Assembly: GCA_963836205.1 (NCBI GenBank)
Contig: CAWIIV010000006.1
Location: 416,001 to 480,000, forward strand
DNA from: an uncultured Acidimicrobiia bacterium
GTDB lineage: Bacteria > Actinomycetota > Acidimicrobiia > Acidimicrobiales > AC-14
Reading direction: 5' to 3'
DNA: 64,000 nt
The notes under the pieces are model-generated. The model saw nothing but the letters and a program-made list of their open reading frames with translations, was not told the origin of the DNA and ran no database searches. The position numbers and the translations under genes were made by a program. Below are positions 27,611 to 44,585 of this stretch, piece after piece. Numbering within the stretch: the stretch's first letter is position 1; every line of letters starts with the position of its first letter.

Positions 27611-28772
27611 CGAAGGCAGGAGCCGGTGTCGACCGCGCCCCCCGGGGCTGGTCGAGCACGGCGGTGAGCTCGCTGGTGGCCAGGGCGTAGGCAGTGGCGG
27701 GCTGGTCGGGCGCGGTGGCGAAGGCCACGCCCACCACCTCGCCGTTGACGTCGACGAGGGCGCCGCCTGAGTCGCCCGGCGCCAGTTGGGCGGCCAGGAT
27801 GAAGATCTCACGGCGGATGGTGCGCTCGCCGTACAGGTCGCGGCCGAGGGCCTCGATGGCGGCCTCGATGCGGACCGGCGACACCTCGAGCTCCTCCTGG
27901 CCCCCCGGGTGCCCGAAGACGGCGCCGTCGCTGCCCACCACGGCCGTCCCGACGGCGAGGGCGGGCTCGCCCAGGCCGGGCACCGACAGCAGGGCCAGGT
28001 CGCGGTCGGAGTCGAACACCTGCACCGTGGCCGCCAGCCGCCGCCCGTCGGGACGGATGACCGACGGGTTGTCGACCCCCGCTACCACGTGGGCGTTGGT
28101 GACGACCGTCTCCGTGTCGGCGGTGAAGCCGCTCCCGGTGAGGACGCGACCGCAGGCCTGGCCGCTGACCTTCACCGTCGACGCCGCCACCCGGCTCACC
28201 ACGTCGGGCGCCAGGGCGCTGGCCACCGGCGGGGCTCCGGTGCTCGGTGCCGGGCGGAGGCGGGAGAAGACCTCGGGGAAGTTGGCGTCGACGACCTGCT
28301 GGCGCAGGTCCTGGAGGGGTTTGGGGGCGCGGGGGGCGGCGGAGTCGATGGCGCGGGCGACGGTGGAGTTGCGGACCTGCTTGGAGATCTCGCCGGGGAC
28401 GTCGGCCAGCACCGGCAGGAGCAGCCACAGCACGACCAGCACGCCGAGGGCGCCGGCAACCGCGCCGCCCACATGGTCGGCCATGCGCAGCCCGCCGAAG
28501 GGGAGGAGACCGCGCAGGCGGAAGCCCACCATCTCCCCCAGCGCCGCCCCCAGGCTGGCGGTGAGGAGGAAGATGCCGACCGCCATCAGCAGCTTCACCT
28601 GGGGATCGGGCGAGTGCACCAGGTCGAGAACCTTGTGGGAGAACGACGCCGCCAGGGCCAGGCCGAGGAGCCAGCCGATCCATCCCGCCACCCGGGCCAG
28701 GAGCCCGACCCGGTAGCCCCCGAGCGTCGCGCCCACCACCACGGCCGCCACCAGGAGGTCGAACAGGTTCAC
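27607..28772 (-). CDS. MarP-family membrane serine protease (CvpA-like TM domain + trypsin domain)
   Basis: VVTNAHVVAG, DLALL and PGDSGG catalytic triad; removing one G near 27640 restores a VDTGSCLR* ending. Confidence 0.88.
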
Positions 28773-28817
28773 TGGGCGTCGAAGCTACGCCACGGGGCGA
28801 TGGATCCGGGACATGGC

Positions 28818-31307
<2,490 letters not shown>

Positions 31308-31327
31308 GGACTTTCTAACCTTTGCCC

Positions 31328-32047
31328 ATGGCTGAGGTGAGGGTGGGGACGAGCGGGTGGTCGTACCCCGAGTGGCTCGGCCGCTTCTACCCCAACGGCA
31401 CGTCCCCGGCCCGGATGCTCGACTTCTACGGACGGCGCTTCGCGACGGTCGAGGCCCACGCCACCTACCGCCGCCTGCCGGCCCCCACCGCCCTCGAGAA
31501 GTGGCGGACCCAGGTGGGCCCAGGGTTCCACTTCGCCTGCAAGGCCCACATGGGGATCAGTCACCGCCGCGACCTCGACGGGGTGGAGGAACGGGTGGCT
31601 GCGTTTCTTACCGCGGTAGTACCGCTGGCCGACAACCTGGGCCCGGTGCTGGTCAGCCTGCCCCACAAGCAGCCCGACCTCGACCGCCTCGACCGGCTGC
31701 TGGCCGCCTTGCCCCGCCCCCCTGCGGGTCCGGTGGCGGCCTTCGAAGTCGGCCCCGCCTGGTACACCAGTGAGGTGATCAGCCGGATCGAGGCCCACGG
31801 GGCAACCCTGGTGGTGGTCGACAACGACAACGAGGGGGAGGAGCGGGCGCCGCTCACGGTGGGGCCGGTGGCCTACGTCCGCCTCCGCCGGGGGCTCTAC
31901 GACCGGGCCGCGCTGGAGGCGTGGGCCGAAAGGCTGGCCAAGGTCCGGGCCGACGGGCGCGACGCGTACGCCTACCTGAAGCACGACGCCGAGGGCGACG
32001 GTCCCCGCTACGCCCGGCGGCTGGCCGAGCTGCTGGCGGGGCAGTGA
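31328..32047 (+). CDS. DUF72-family protein
   Basis: VGTSGWSYPEW...FYP and YVRLR motifs. Confidence 0.88.
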   Translation: MAEVRVGTSGWSYPEWLGRFYPNGTSPARMLDFYGRRFATVEAHATYRRLPAPTALEKWRTQVGPGFHFACKAHMGISHRRDLDGVEERVAAFLTAVVPLADNLGPVLVSLPHKQPDLDRLDRLLAALPRPPAGPVAAFEVGPAWYTSEVISRIEAHGATLVVVDNDNEGEERAPLTVGPVAYVRLRRGLYDRAALEAWAERLAKVRADGRDAYAYLKHDAEGDGPRYARRLAELLAGQ

Positions 32048-32511
32048 GCCCCACCGCCACCGACGACGATGTCGCCGCGGTCGCCGAGTTGCTCGGGCGG
32101 CCGCCGCAGGGCGACTTCGAGGTGGTCGTGCGCGACCCCGACGGCCGGCCGGTGGTCATCCGCAACGCCCCCCTCATGGCCGACGGCACACCGATGCCCA
32201 CCCGCTACTGGCTGGTCCACGCCGAGCTGCGGCGGCAGGTGAGCGGGCTGGAGTCGAGCGGCGGGGTGCGGGCGGCGGAGGCGGCCGTCGACCCGGTCGA
32301 GCTGGCCGCGGCCCACGCCGCCCACGCGGCCGAGCGCGACTCGGCCCTGCCCCCCGGCTACGCCGGCCCCCGGCCGTCGGGTGGCGTCGGCGGGACCCGC
32401 AAGGGGGTCAAGTGCCTCCACGCCCACTACGCCTGGCACCTCGCCGGCGGCGACGACCCAATCGGGCGGTGGGTCGCGGCCCGGTTGGCCGAGCGTCAGA
32501 ACCAGGCATGA
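32044..32511 (+). CDS. DUF501-family protein
   Basis: GTPMPTRYWL and GVKCLHAHYA motifs; eno-ftsB-DUF501-ppx synteny. Confidence 0.88.
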   Translation: MSPTATDDDVAAVAELLGRPPQGDFEVVVRDPDGRPVVIRNAPLMADGTPMPTRYWLVHAELRRQVSGLESSGGVRAAEAAVDPVELAAAHAAHAAERDSALPPGYAGPRPSGGVGGTRKGVKCLHAHYAWHLAGGDDPIGRWVAARLAERQNQA

Positions 32512-33443
32512 GCGGGGCCGTGGCCGTGTGCCGGGCGGCCATCGACTGCGGCACCAACTCGACCAGGCTGCTGGTGGTCGACGGCGACGGCGCGACCTTG
32601 GAGCGGCTCATGCGCATCACCCGCCTGGGCCAGGGCGTCGATGCCACCGGCCGGCTGGCGCCGGAGGCGATCGAGCGGACGGTGGCGGTCCTTCGCGAGT
32701 ACCGCGGCGTCCTCGACCGTCTCGACGTGGAGCGGGTGCGGATGACAGCGACGTCGGCCGCCCGCGACGCGGCCAACCGGGACTTGTTCTTCGACGCGGC
32801 CGAGGCGGTGGTGGGGGCGCGCCCGGAGCTGCTCGGGGGCGACGAGGAGGCCCGCCTGTCGTTCCTGGGGGCGACGGCCGAGCTCGACCCGTCCGATGGT
32901 CCCTTCCTGGTGGTCGACATCGGGGGCGGGTCCACCGAGTTCGCGGTGGGCACCCCCGGCTCGACGAATGCAGGGCCCGAGGGCGTGGTGTCGGTCGACA
33001 TCGGCTGCGTGCGCATCACCGAGAAGTTCCTCCTCTCCGACCCGCCCGCGCCCGAGGAGCTGACCAACGCCCTCACCGTCGTCCGCGACTACCTCGACGA
33101 CGTGGTGCGCGAAATTCCCGCGGCCGCCGACGCCGCCTGCCTGGTGGGTCTGGCGGGCACGGTGTCGAGCGTGGCCACGGTGGAGTTGGGGATCGACTAC
33201 GACCGTGACCGCGTCCACCACTTCCGCCTCACCCGGGAGGCGGTGGAGGACGTGTTCCGCACCCTCGCCACCGAAACCCGGGCCCAGCGGGTGCACAACC
33301 CGGGCCTGGAGGAGGCCCGGGCCGACGTCATAGTGGGCGGTGTGGTGGTCCTGGCCGCGATCATGCGCTACTTCGGGTTCGCCGAATGCCTGGTGAGCGA
33401 GTCCGACATCCTCGACGGGCTGGTCATGAGCTTGACCCGTTAG
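32508..33443 (+). CDS. ppx: Ppx/GppA exopolyphosphatase
   Basis: IDCGTNSTRLL, DIGGGSTE and RADVI motifs. Confidence 0.9.
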   Translation: MSGAVAVCRAAIDCGTNSTRLLVVDGDGATLERLMRITRLGQGVDATGRLAPEAIERTVAVLREYRGVLDRLDVERVRMTATSAARDAANRDLFFDAAEAVVGARPELLGGDEEARLSFLGATAELDPSDGPFLVVDIGGGSTEFAVGTPGSTNAGPEGVVSVDIGCVRITEKFLLSDPPAPEELTNALTVVRDYLDDVVREIPAAADAACLVGLAGTVSSVATVELGIDYDRDRVHHFRLTREAVEDVFRTLATETRAQRVHNPGLEEARADVIVGGVVVLAAIMRYFGFAECLVSESDILDGLVMSLTR

Positions 33444-33454
33444 GGTCGGTCGGG

Positions 33455-34102
33455 ATGGCCCTCGGTGAGCGCATCCCCACCACGTTGCGAGGCCGGCGGG
33501 TGGTGTTGCGTCCGCTCAATGCGGCCGACTTCGAGGGGTGGCGGGAGGTCCGCCAGCGCAACCGGGGGTGGCTGCTCAAGTGGGAGCCCAAGCCGCCGCC
33601 CGGGGCCCCGGACGACACCGAGAGCCGGCCCGCCTTCGTCGCGCGCTGCGGCGCCCGCGAGCGGGAGTGGCAGATGGGGTCGGGCTACGGGTTCGGGATC
33701 TTCGTCGGCGGCCAGTTCGCCGGTGAGCTGAACCTGTCGGGGGTGCAACGGGGCCCGTTCCAGAACGCGTACGTCGGCTACTGGGTCGACGAGGCCCAGG
33801 CCGGCAACGGGTACGTCCCCGAGGCGCTGGTGGTGGCGGCCCGATTCGCCTTCGAGGAGCTGGGCCTGCACCGGCTCCAGGTGGCCATCATCCCCCGCAA
33901 CCGGGCCAGCCGCCGGGTGGCGGAGAAGCTGGAGCTGCGGGAGGAGGGCATCGCCCACCGCTACCTGGCCATCAACGGCGTGTGGGAGGACCACATCCGC
34001 TACGCCCTCACCGCCGAGGACTGGGCCTCCCGCCGCACCGAGCTGCTGGCCACGTGGATCGGCGAGTCCCGCCCCCAACTCCACCTCAAGCCGAGGCCGT
34101 AG
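33455..34102 (+). CDS. RimJ-like GNAT N-acetyltransferase
   Basis: AYVGYWVD, LHRLQ, NRASRRVAEK and WEDH motifs. Confidence 0.88.
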   Translation: MALGERIPTTLRGRRVVLRPLNAADFEGWREVRQRNRGWLLKWEPKPPPGAPDDTESRPAFVARCGAREREWQMGSGYGFGIFVGGQFAGELNLSGVQRGPFQNAYVGYWVDEAQAGNGYVPEALVVAARFAFEELGLHRLQVAIIPRNRASRRVAEKLELREEGIAHRYLAINGVWEDHIRYALTAEDWASRRTELLATWIGESRPQLHLKPRP

Positions 34103-34124
34103 CCCGCCCCGCCGCACCCTCGGT

Positions 34125-34175
34125 CGTTGGTTGTGCAGCTGTGTGGGATAGACCGACGTAACTGCACAACCAACG
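34125..34175. repeat. Dispersed palindromic (REP-like) element, copy 1
   Basis: Arms cgttggttgtgcag / ctgcacaaccaacg; homologous copy at 51382-51440. Confidence 0.85.
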
Positions 34176-34196
34176 GCGGGACGCCGCCACCGGTCC

Positions 34197-35478
34197 CTAG
34201 AAGTACCCCATGGGGTCGACGGGGTCGCCGTCGACCCGGACTTCGAAGTGGAGGTGGGGGCCGGTGCACGCGCCGGTGCAGCCGACCCGGCCGATGACCT
34301 CGCCCACCGTCACCCGGTCGCCCTCCGAGACGAGGATCGAGCTCTGGTGGCCGTAGAGGGTGGCGATGCTCCCCCCGTGCTCGATGATGGTGGCGTTGCC
34401 GTACCCGCCGAGCGATCCCGCGCTGGCCACGACGCCGTCGGCGGCGGCATAGATGGGGTCGCCCGTGTCGGCACCGATGTCGATGCCCGTGTGCATGCGG
34501 CCGTCGCCGTAGATGGGATGGATGCGGTACCCGAACGACGAGGTGATCGTGCCCCCAGGGATGGGGAAGAGCAGTTGGCCGCTGCCGGCGGGCAGGGCGG
34601 GCAGGGCGGCGATGGCGGCGTCGGCCGGGGCCGCGGCCCGGGCCGCCGCCCGTTGGCGCAGGGTCTCGGCGATGGCGGCCGACTCGGCCTCCAGCGTCGC
34701 CACCTCGGCCTGGTAGGCCTCCTTCCGGGACAGGACCTCGGCCCGGAGCTGCTCCTGCTGGGCCACCTCGACGGCGGCGTCGTCGCGCACCGCGTCCTGG
34801 GCGTCGCGTGCCACCTGGAGGCGGTCGCGCTCGCCGGCCACCACGTCCCGCTGATCGACAGCCTCGGTTCGTGACTGCTCGAGCTGGTCGCGCAGGTCCT
34901 TGACCTCGTCCCGCAGGCGCTCGTTCTCGGCGATGACGTCGGCCTGGCTGCCGACCACCGCTTTGAGGTACGACCGGCGGTGGACCAGCTCGTCGAGGCT
35001 GCCCGCCCCCAGCAGCATCCCCGCGTAGCGGGCCGCCTCCGACTGGCCGGTGTAGGCGGCAATGGCCTGCTTGGCCAGCTCCTCCTTGGCCGCGGTCAGC
35101 TGCGTGGTGGCCTCGCCCAGACGGGTCTCGGTGCGGTGCTGCTCCGCCTCCAGCGCCGCCAGCCGGGTCTCGGCCCCGTCGACGGCCGCCCTGCACGTCG
35201 GCGATCTGGGAATCGAAGCCGGCGACTTTGGCGTCGAGGTCGGCCAGCCGGCCCGAGCTCTCGTCGATCAGCCCGAGGAGCCGACTCTCCTCGGCCGACG
35301 CCTCTCCCACCTGTTCCTGGAGGGAATCGATCTGTTCGTCGATCAGCGACTTGTCGGCCTCGGTCTGGGCCAGGGCCGGCACGACTCCCGGCCCGGGCGC
35401 GAGGCCGGGCACGAGAACGAGCAGCGCGCAGGCCGCGACCATGGCGCGCGCAACCCCCCCGTGCCTCACTCGGGCCAC
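34197..35478 (-). CDS. M23 peptidase / EnvC-like coiled-coil protein (apparent frameshift near 35190)
   Basis: Signal peptide and coiled coil; HTGID, LYGH and TGPHLHFEV motifs; downstream of ftsEX. Confidence 0.85.
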
Positions 35479-35539
35479 GCTAGCAACAGCAGCAACACGA
35501 ACAACAGAAACCCCTCACCAGATGACAGCCGGACCGACG

Positions 35540-36434
35540 TCAGACGTCGAGGAAGCGGCTGACCGCCAATGCCGAACCCACCGTCCCCACGAGAACACCG
35601 ACCACGAGCAGCAGGATCCCGGTGCCGGCGACGTCGCCGCTGGTGACCAGGAACTGCTTGAACAGTTGGATGTCGTTGCGAGCCTCGGTGATCCGGCTCT
35701 GGATCAGGTCGCGACCGATCCAGACGACGCCGTAGGCCAGGGCGGCCCCGGCCAGGCCTTGGATGAGGCCCTCGAGCATGAAGGGTATTCGGATGAACCA
35801 GTTGGTGGCGCCCACCAGCTTCATCACCGCCACCTCCCGGCGGCGGGCGAAGATGGCCATGCGGATGGTGTTGAGGATGAGCAGCGACGCCGCCGCCAGG
35901 AGCACCGCGGCCACCGCCCACAGCATGATCTGGAGGAAGTTGGTGACCGACACCAGGGCGTCGACCTCCTCCTTGGCATAGCTCACGCGGAAAACCCCGG
36001 CGGTGTTGTCGAACCGCTCGCCGATCACCTTGGTCTGCTCGGCCTGTTTGGGCACCACCCGGTACGACGGGGGGATCTGCTCCACGGTGAGGCTGTCGCG
36101 CACGTCGGGCTCGTTGGCGAAGATCTTGCGGAACTCCTCGAACGCCTCCGGCTTGCTCACGTAGTGGTAGCGCTTGACCTCGGGCATCTGCTTGAGCTGG
36201 CGGTCGATGGCCTCCGACTCCGGCGCCGAGGCGTCGGGCTTCATGAAGATCGAGAGCTCGACGTTGTCCTTCCACTGCACCGTGGCCCGGTCGACCCCCC
36301 GCTTCACGAGGAGGGCCCCGCCCACCAACGTCAGCGAGACGGCGACGGTGAGCGAGCGCGGCCGAGGCCATGGAGATGTTGCGGCGCAGGTTGGAGATCG
36401 TCTCCCGCGCCACGTAAGAGAGGTTGACTGCCAT
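35540..36434 (-). CDS. ftsX: Cell division permease FtsX (apparent frameshift near 36355)
   Basis: LRRN N-terminus; NTIRMAIFARRREVAVMKLVGAT...PFMLEG. Confidence 0.9.
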
Positions 36435-36437
36435 GTG

Positions 36438-37124
<687 letters not shown>

Positions 37125-37286
37125 GAGGGCCGGGCTTGCCTCCCTACGGAAAGGTGCGGCAGAGGCATGGTAACGGCTCGCGGCCGACCGTTGCGAGCAC
37201 CCACGCCCGCTCCCCTCGCAGGGGGAAGGGGCAGCACGCCGAGCTGGCCGCCGAGCAGGGGTAAGGCGGCGTCCTGGGTCGTGGGC

Positions 37287-39582
37287 CTACCTGGTGGTCG
37301 TCGGCCTGGTGACGGGCGGCCTGGTGGTCGTCGGCGGCGGGACCGTGGTGGTCGTCGGCGGCGGCACCGAGGTCGACGGCCTGGTCGTCGTCGGCGCGAC
37401 CGTGGTCGTCGGCCGGGTGATCGTCGGCCTGGTGGTCGTCGGCCGGGTGGTGGTCGGCGCGACCGTGGTCGACGGCCTGGTGGTCGTCGGCGCGACCGTG
37501 GTCGGCGTGGTGGTCGTCGACGGTCTGATCGGCCTGGTGGTCGATGTGGGCGTGGTGGTCGTCGTCGACGACACAGTCAGGCGGATGTTGCAGCTGGTGT
37601 ACGGGCCGGTGACGGGAATGGCTGTCTGCCGTCCCGCCACCACGACGTTCACCGCACTCCCCGCCGAGGCACGGAGCGAGGTCCACTGGGCGGCGCTGGG
37701 GGTGAAGCTGGTGCCGGGCTGCTCGGGAGACTGGAGGAGCAGGGTGGCGAAGGTGGCGTCGTAGAACTTGACGATGAACCGGTTGTTCCGGAACGCGGGG
37801 CCCCCGCCCTGCGCGCTCCAGGTGAGGGTCGGGGGCAAACCGACGGGTGCCGCCGAGTTGTCGGCCGGCGCGGTGATCCGCGGCGCCACCGCCTGCTCGG
37901 TGAAGATGCAACCGATGTCGGCCACCGCGGCCGCGCCCTTGCCGGCGACCAGGGCGGCATAGGCCTCCGAGAGGGTCCAAGCCTCGGCGGCCTTCAGCGG
38001 GTTGAAGACAGCGGCGTCACCGAGACGGATGCCCCGCTGGTCACCGGTGTCGGCGGGCGTGTCGTAGAGGTCCCACAACGCCCGCTGCACCGTCAGCTCG
38101 TTGTCCTCGCCGAGGCCGGTGCCGCCGGAGGGCCCTTCGAGGTCGTAATCGAGGGTGGAGTCCTCGGTGTCCGTGTAGCGGGTGTCGCCCACGTTGGGGA
38201 TGCCGAAGGCGGCCGTGCCCATGATCTGTTGCAGGCTGGTGCCGAAATAGGTGGGGAAGCCCTCGCCCCAGGCCAGCCGGGTGCCCAGCGTCCTTGCCCC
38301 GGTCGTCCGTCTCCGACAGGTTGTCGCTGGAGGAGTGGTTACCGCCGGGGTTGTCCTCGATCCCCTGGTTGTTCATGAAGTAGTGCCCGAACTCGTGCAG
38401 GTTGACGTCCCAGTCGAAGCGGTCGAGGTGGAGGATGTGGAGGGCCCCGTCCCCGAAGTTCGAGGTCTCGTCGGCGGTCGGGAAGTCGACCACGATGGCG
38501 GGCAGGGCGGCGCCGGTCAGCGAGGCCGCGTAGGCGACGGTGGTCACCAGCGCGTCGTGGACGGAGAACGCGGTGTTGTTGTCATCGACGTTGTTGGCGG
38601 TCAGGTTCCTCGTGAGGGCGGCACCGTCGGCCACGTTGTCGGTGACCGTCGAGTCGATCCGGTGGGTGCCGGCCGTGCCCTGGATGTCGAACCCGGAGCT
38701 CTTGGCCAGCACCCGGAGGAAGAGGTCGCGGCCTCCCTCGCCGGTGCCGTCGTCGTTGTTGACCGTGGCCGTGAAGTTGCCCGTGGCGTTGGTGTTCACG
38801 GTGGTGACGAGGACGGACCCGACCGTCTCGACGTCGCGGATCTCCACGGGGGCGAGACGTACGGGATGGGTGTTTCCGGCACTGTCGGTGTACCGCACCT
38901 GGCCGGAGATGGTCACTGTCCCGCCGGCCGATTGGGCCTGGCTCGGGCCCGTGGCCGCCGTCGCCGATGTCGTCACCACCGCCCCCCCGCCGAGGAGCCG
39001 GTCGAGCGCGGCGGCATAGGTATCGGCCGGGAGGGCGGCGCGGGCGGAGGACAGGGCGGTGACCGCGGCGTCGAGCGAACCGCGGGTGCTCTGGGACACG
39101 CCGCCGTCCCCGGCGGCAACCCACAGCCTCGTCGAGCGGGTCACGATCGAGTGGCCGACGCTGTCGTAGGCGGTGACGCTCGCCTGCACCACACCCGCCC
39201 CCGGACCGGTGACGACGAACGGGATCGGCACGTCGACCGATTGGCCCGCGGCCGGCACCGCCACCACCTGGAGGAGGGGTGCGGCGGTGGTGACCGGACC
39301 GACGGTGCGCACCGAGATCGCCAGCCGGGCGAAGTCGCCCTCCGGGGTGAGGTGCAGGGAGGCGGTCGACGCCTCACCGATGGCCGGGGTCCCCGGCGCG
39401 GCCGCCATCCCGACGGCGACGCCTCCCGCGGGCTTGACGCGGACACTGCTGACCGATCCCGTGGCTGCTGCCGCCCGCGCCGCTGCCTGGCTCGGACCGG
39501 CGCCGGCGACCGCCATCAGTCCGAGCATCCCCACCGACAACCACAGCGCCACCGAACGCGGCCGCTTGGCATCCATCGTCAT
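37287..39582 (-). CDS. Secreted HExxH zinc metalloprotease-like protein with Thr-rich tail (apparent frameshift near 38283)
   Basis: Signal peptide; LHEFGHYF; after the shift LAWGEGFPTYF (likely third-ligand Glu); TTTRP/TTVAP repeats at the C-terminus. Confidence 0.75.
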
Positions 39583-39679
39583 CGCAGTTCCCGTCACGAG
39601 AGGGGCGGAACGGCGCACCATACTTTCAAGCCGCCTCCGCCGCACGGTCCGTTCGGGATCACCTGCCGCGGGCGGCCGG

Positions 39680-40291
39680 CTACCCCGTCGTGGCGCCCCC
39701 ACCGAGGATCTCGTCCCGCCGACGGAGGTAGTCGCCCTCGCCGACGGCTCCGAGGGCCCGTTCGTGATCGAGGTGGTCGAGGCGCAGCTGCAGGAGACCG
39801 GCCCGCCCGGTCAGGACCTCCGAGCCGGCGGACAGCACCGACACCGCGTCGGTGCGCCCGTACCGCACCCGGTCGGCGTCGTCGACCACATCGACCGTAC
39901 CGGTGAGCTCGCCGCTGCCGACCGAATCGATGCGGACCGTTGCGTCGAGGGTCAGTCCCACACCGGCCGCCGGGTCTCTCCACCGGCCGGCCCCGGCCTC
40001 GACCACCGTGACCGCTCCCGACCCTTCGACCCGCGCTCGCACCCCGCTCACGGGCTCTCGGGTCGCGAACTGCAAGGTCACCCGGAAGGGCACGCCGATC
40101 GCCGGAGCGTCACCGGGCAGCACCAGCTCGATGTCCAGCGGCGGAAGCGGCTTCCCGTCGCTGACGGGGGCCGTGGTGGCCGCCGGAACGGACGCCGGTG
40201 TGTTTGGTCGGCTCGGCCCCGCCGGTCCACAACCGGCGAGAACCACGCCGGCCACCAGGACCAGCACCGCACGGGCCCATCTCCGGATCAC
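39680..40291 (-). CDS. Lipoprotein homologous to the N-terminal domain of the downstream protease
   Basis: Lipobox VLAG-C; GTGA overlap with the prfB stop; near-ungapped alignment to the neighbour. Confidence 0.78.
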   Translation of the reverse strand: MIRRWARAVLVLVAGVVLAGCGPAGPSRPNTPASVPAATTAPVSDGKPLPPLDIELVLPGDAPAIGVPFRVTLQFATREPVSGVRARVEGSGAVTVVEAGAGRWRDPAAGVGLTLDATVRIDSVGSGELTGTVDVVDDADRVRYGRTDAVSVLSAGSEVLTGRAGLLQLRLDHLDHERALGAVGEGDYLRRRDEILGGGATTG

Positions 40292-41394
40292 ACCCGCTGC
40301 CGCTGCCTCCAGCGCAGCCAGGATTCCATGAAGCCGTCGAGGTCGCCGTCGAGGACGGCGCCGATGTTGCCCACCTCGTGGTCGGTGCGGAGGTCCTTCA
40401 CCATCTGGTACGGGTGCAGGACGTAGGAGCGGATCTGGCTCCCCCACGCCACGTCGCGCTGCTCGCCGGCGAGGGCTTCCATCTCCCGCCGCCGGTCCTC
40501 CCGGGCCCGCTCGGCCAGCTTGGCGGCCAGGATCTTCATGGCCACCTCCTTGTTCTGGTGCTGGCTGCGCTGGTTCTGGCAGGACACGACGATGCCCGTG
40601 GGCTCGTGGGTTATCCGCACCGCCGAGTCGGTGACGTTCACGTGCTGGCCGCCCGCGCCCGACGAGCGGTAAGTGTCGATACGCAGATCCTTCTCGTCGA
40701 TCTCGACCTCGCCCGAGAGATCCTCGATGAAGGGGACGGCCTCGAAGGAGGCAAAAGCGGTGTGGCGGCGGGACTGGGAGTCGAACGGGGAGATGCGGAC
40801 CAGCCGGTGGACACCCTTCTCCGCGCTCAGCAGCCCGTAGGCGTGGCGGCCCCGGACGATGAAGGTGGCCGACGAGATGCCTGCCTCGGTGCCCGGTGAC
40901 ACCTCCTCCAGCTCCACCGCGAACCCCCGCCGCTCGGCCCACCGCAGGTACATGCGCAGCAGCATCTCGGCCCAGTCCTGGGCGTCGGTGCCTCCCGCCC
41001 CCGAGTGGACCTCGCACACCGCGTCGAGCTCGTCGTGTTCGCCCGAATACATGGCTCGCAGCTCGACCACGGACAGGTCCTTCTCGACCGCGCCCATGCC
41101 CGCGTCGACTTCGGCCTCGAACGACTCGTCGCCCTCCTCCCGGGCCAGCTCGTAGAGGACCTCGACGTCGGACAGGCGCCGCTCCAGGCTGTCGAGCTCG
41201 TCGACGTCGTCCTTCACCCGGGCCAACTCGCCGGTGACCTTCCGGGCCGCGTCGGGGTCGTCCCACAACGAAGGATCCGAGGCCTGCTGCTCGAGCTCGG
41301 TCAGCCGCAGCCGACGTCCGGGCAGGTCGAGCGTCTTCTCCATGTCGCGCAGCCTGCTGCGCAGGCCCGCCAAGGCGTCGGAGAAATCCCTCAC
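40288..41394 (-). CDS. prfB: Peptide chain release factor 2
   Basis: ISPF tripeptide anticodon, GAGGQHVN and WGSQIRSY motifs. Confidence 0.96.
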   Translation of the reverse strand: MRDFSDALAGLRSRLRDMEKTLDLPGRRLRLTELEQQASDPSLWDDPDAARKVTGELARVKDDVDELDSLERRLSDVEVLYELAREEGDESFEAEVDAGMGAVEKDLSVVELRAMYSGEHDELDAVCEVHSGAGGTDAQDWAEMLLRMYLRWAERRGFAVELEEVSPGTEAGISSATFIVRGRHAYGLLSAEKGVHRLVRISPFDSQSRRHTAFASFEAVPFIEDLSGEVEIDEKDLRIDTYRSSGAGGQHVNVTDSAVRITHEPTGIVVSCQNQRSQHQNKEVAMKILAAKLAERAREDRRREMEALAGEQRDVAWGSQIRSYVLHPYQMVKDLRTDHEVGNIGAVLDGDLDGFMESWLRWRQRQRV

Positions 41395-41410
41395 TGGGAG
41401 ACCAACGTCA

Positions 41411-41750
41411 AAGGCTTCGACCCGCCTTCGGCGGGGCTGCCTGCATGTTCCGACGAACCAAGCTCGCTTCGCTCACAGGAAGGCTTGGACCCGCCTTCGG
41501 CGGGGCTGCCTGCATGTTCCGACGAACCAAGCTCGCTTCGCTCACAGGAAGGCTTGGACCCGCCTTCGGCGGGGCTGCCTGCATGTTCCGACGAACCAAG
41601 CTCGCTTCGCTCACAGGAAGGCTTGGACCCGCCTTCGGCGGGGCTGCCTGCATGTTCCGACGAACCAAGCTCGCTTCGCTCACAGGAAGGCTTGGACCCG
41701 CCTTCGGCGGGGCTGCCTGCATGTTCCGACGAACCAAGCTCGCTTCGCTC
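41411..41750. repeat. 69-bp tandem repeat x~5 (MIRU/REP-like) carrying a 119-aa repeat ORF (41408-41767, minus)
   Basis: Unit starts at 41419, 41488, 41557, 41626 and 41695; units are identical with no spacers. Confidence 0.95.
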
Positions 41751-41763
41751 GACGGTTCGTCGG

Positions 41764-44502
<2,739 letters not shown>

Positions 44503-44585
44503 GGACCCGAGTCTACCGGGGGGCCACCTGCGCCCGGTTGGTCGGGGGTAGGCGTCGGCGGGGCCGTCCGGGCCAGAATGACGCC

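Noticed and set aside
41300-41394. Programmed +1 frameshift in prfB
   Set aside because: The ORF is continuous with no CTT-TGA site, as expected for actinobacteria
41411-41750. Possible CRISPR array
   Set aside because: Units are identical head-to-tail 69-mers with no unique spacers, and there are no cas genes in the window
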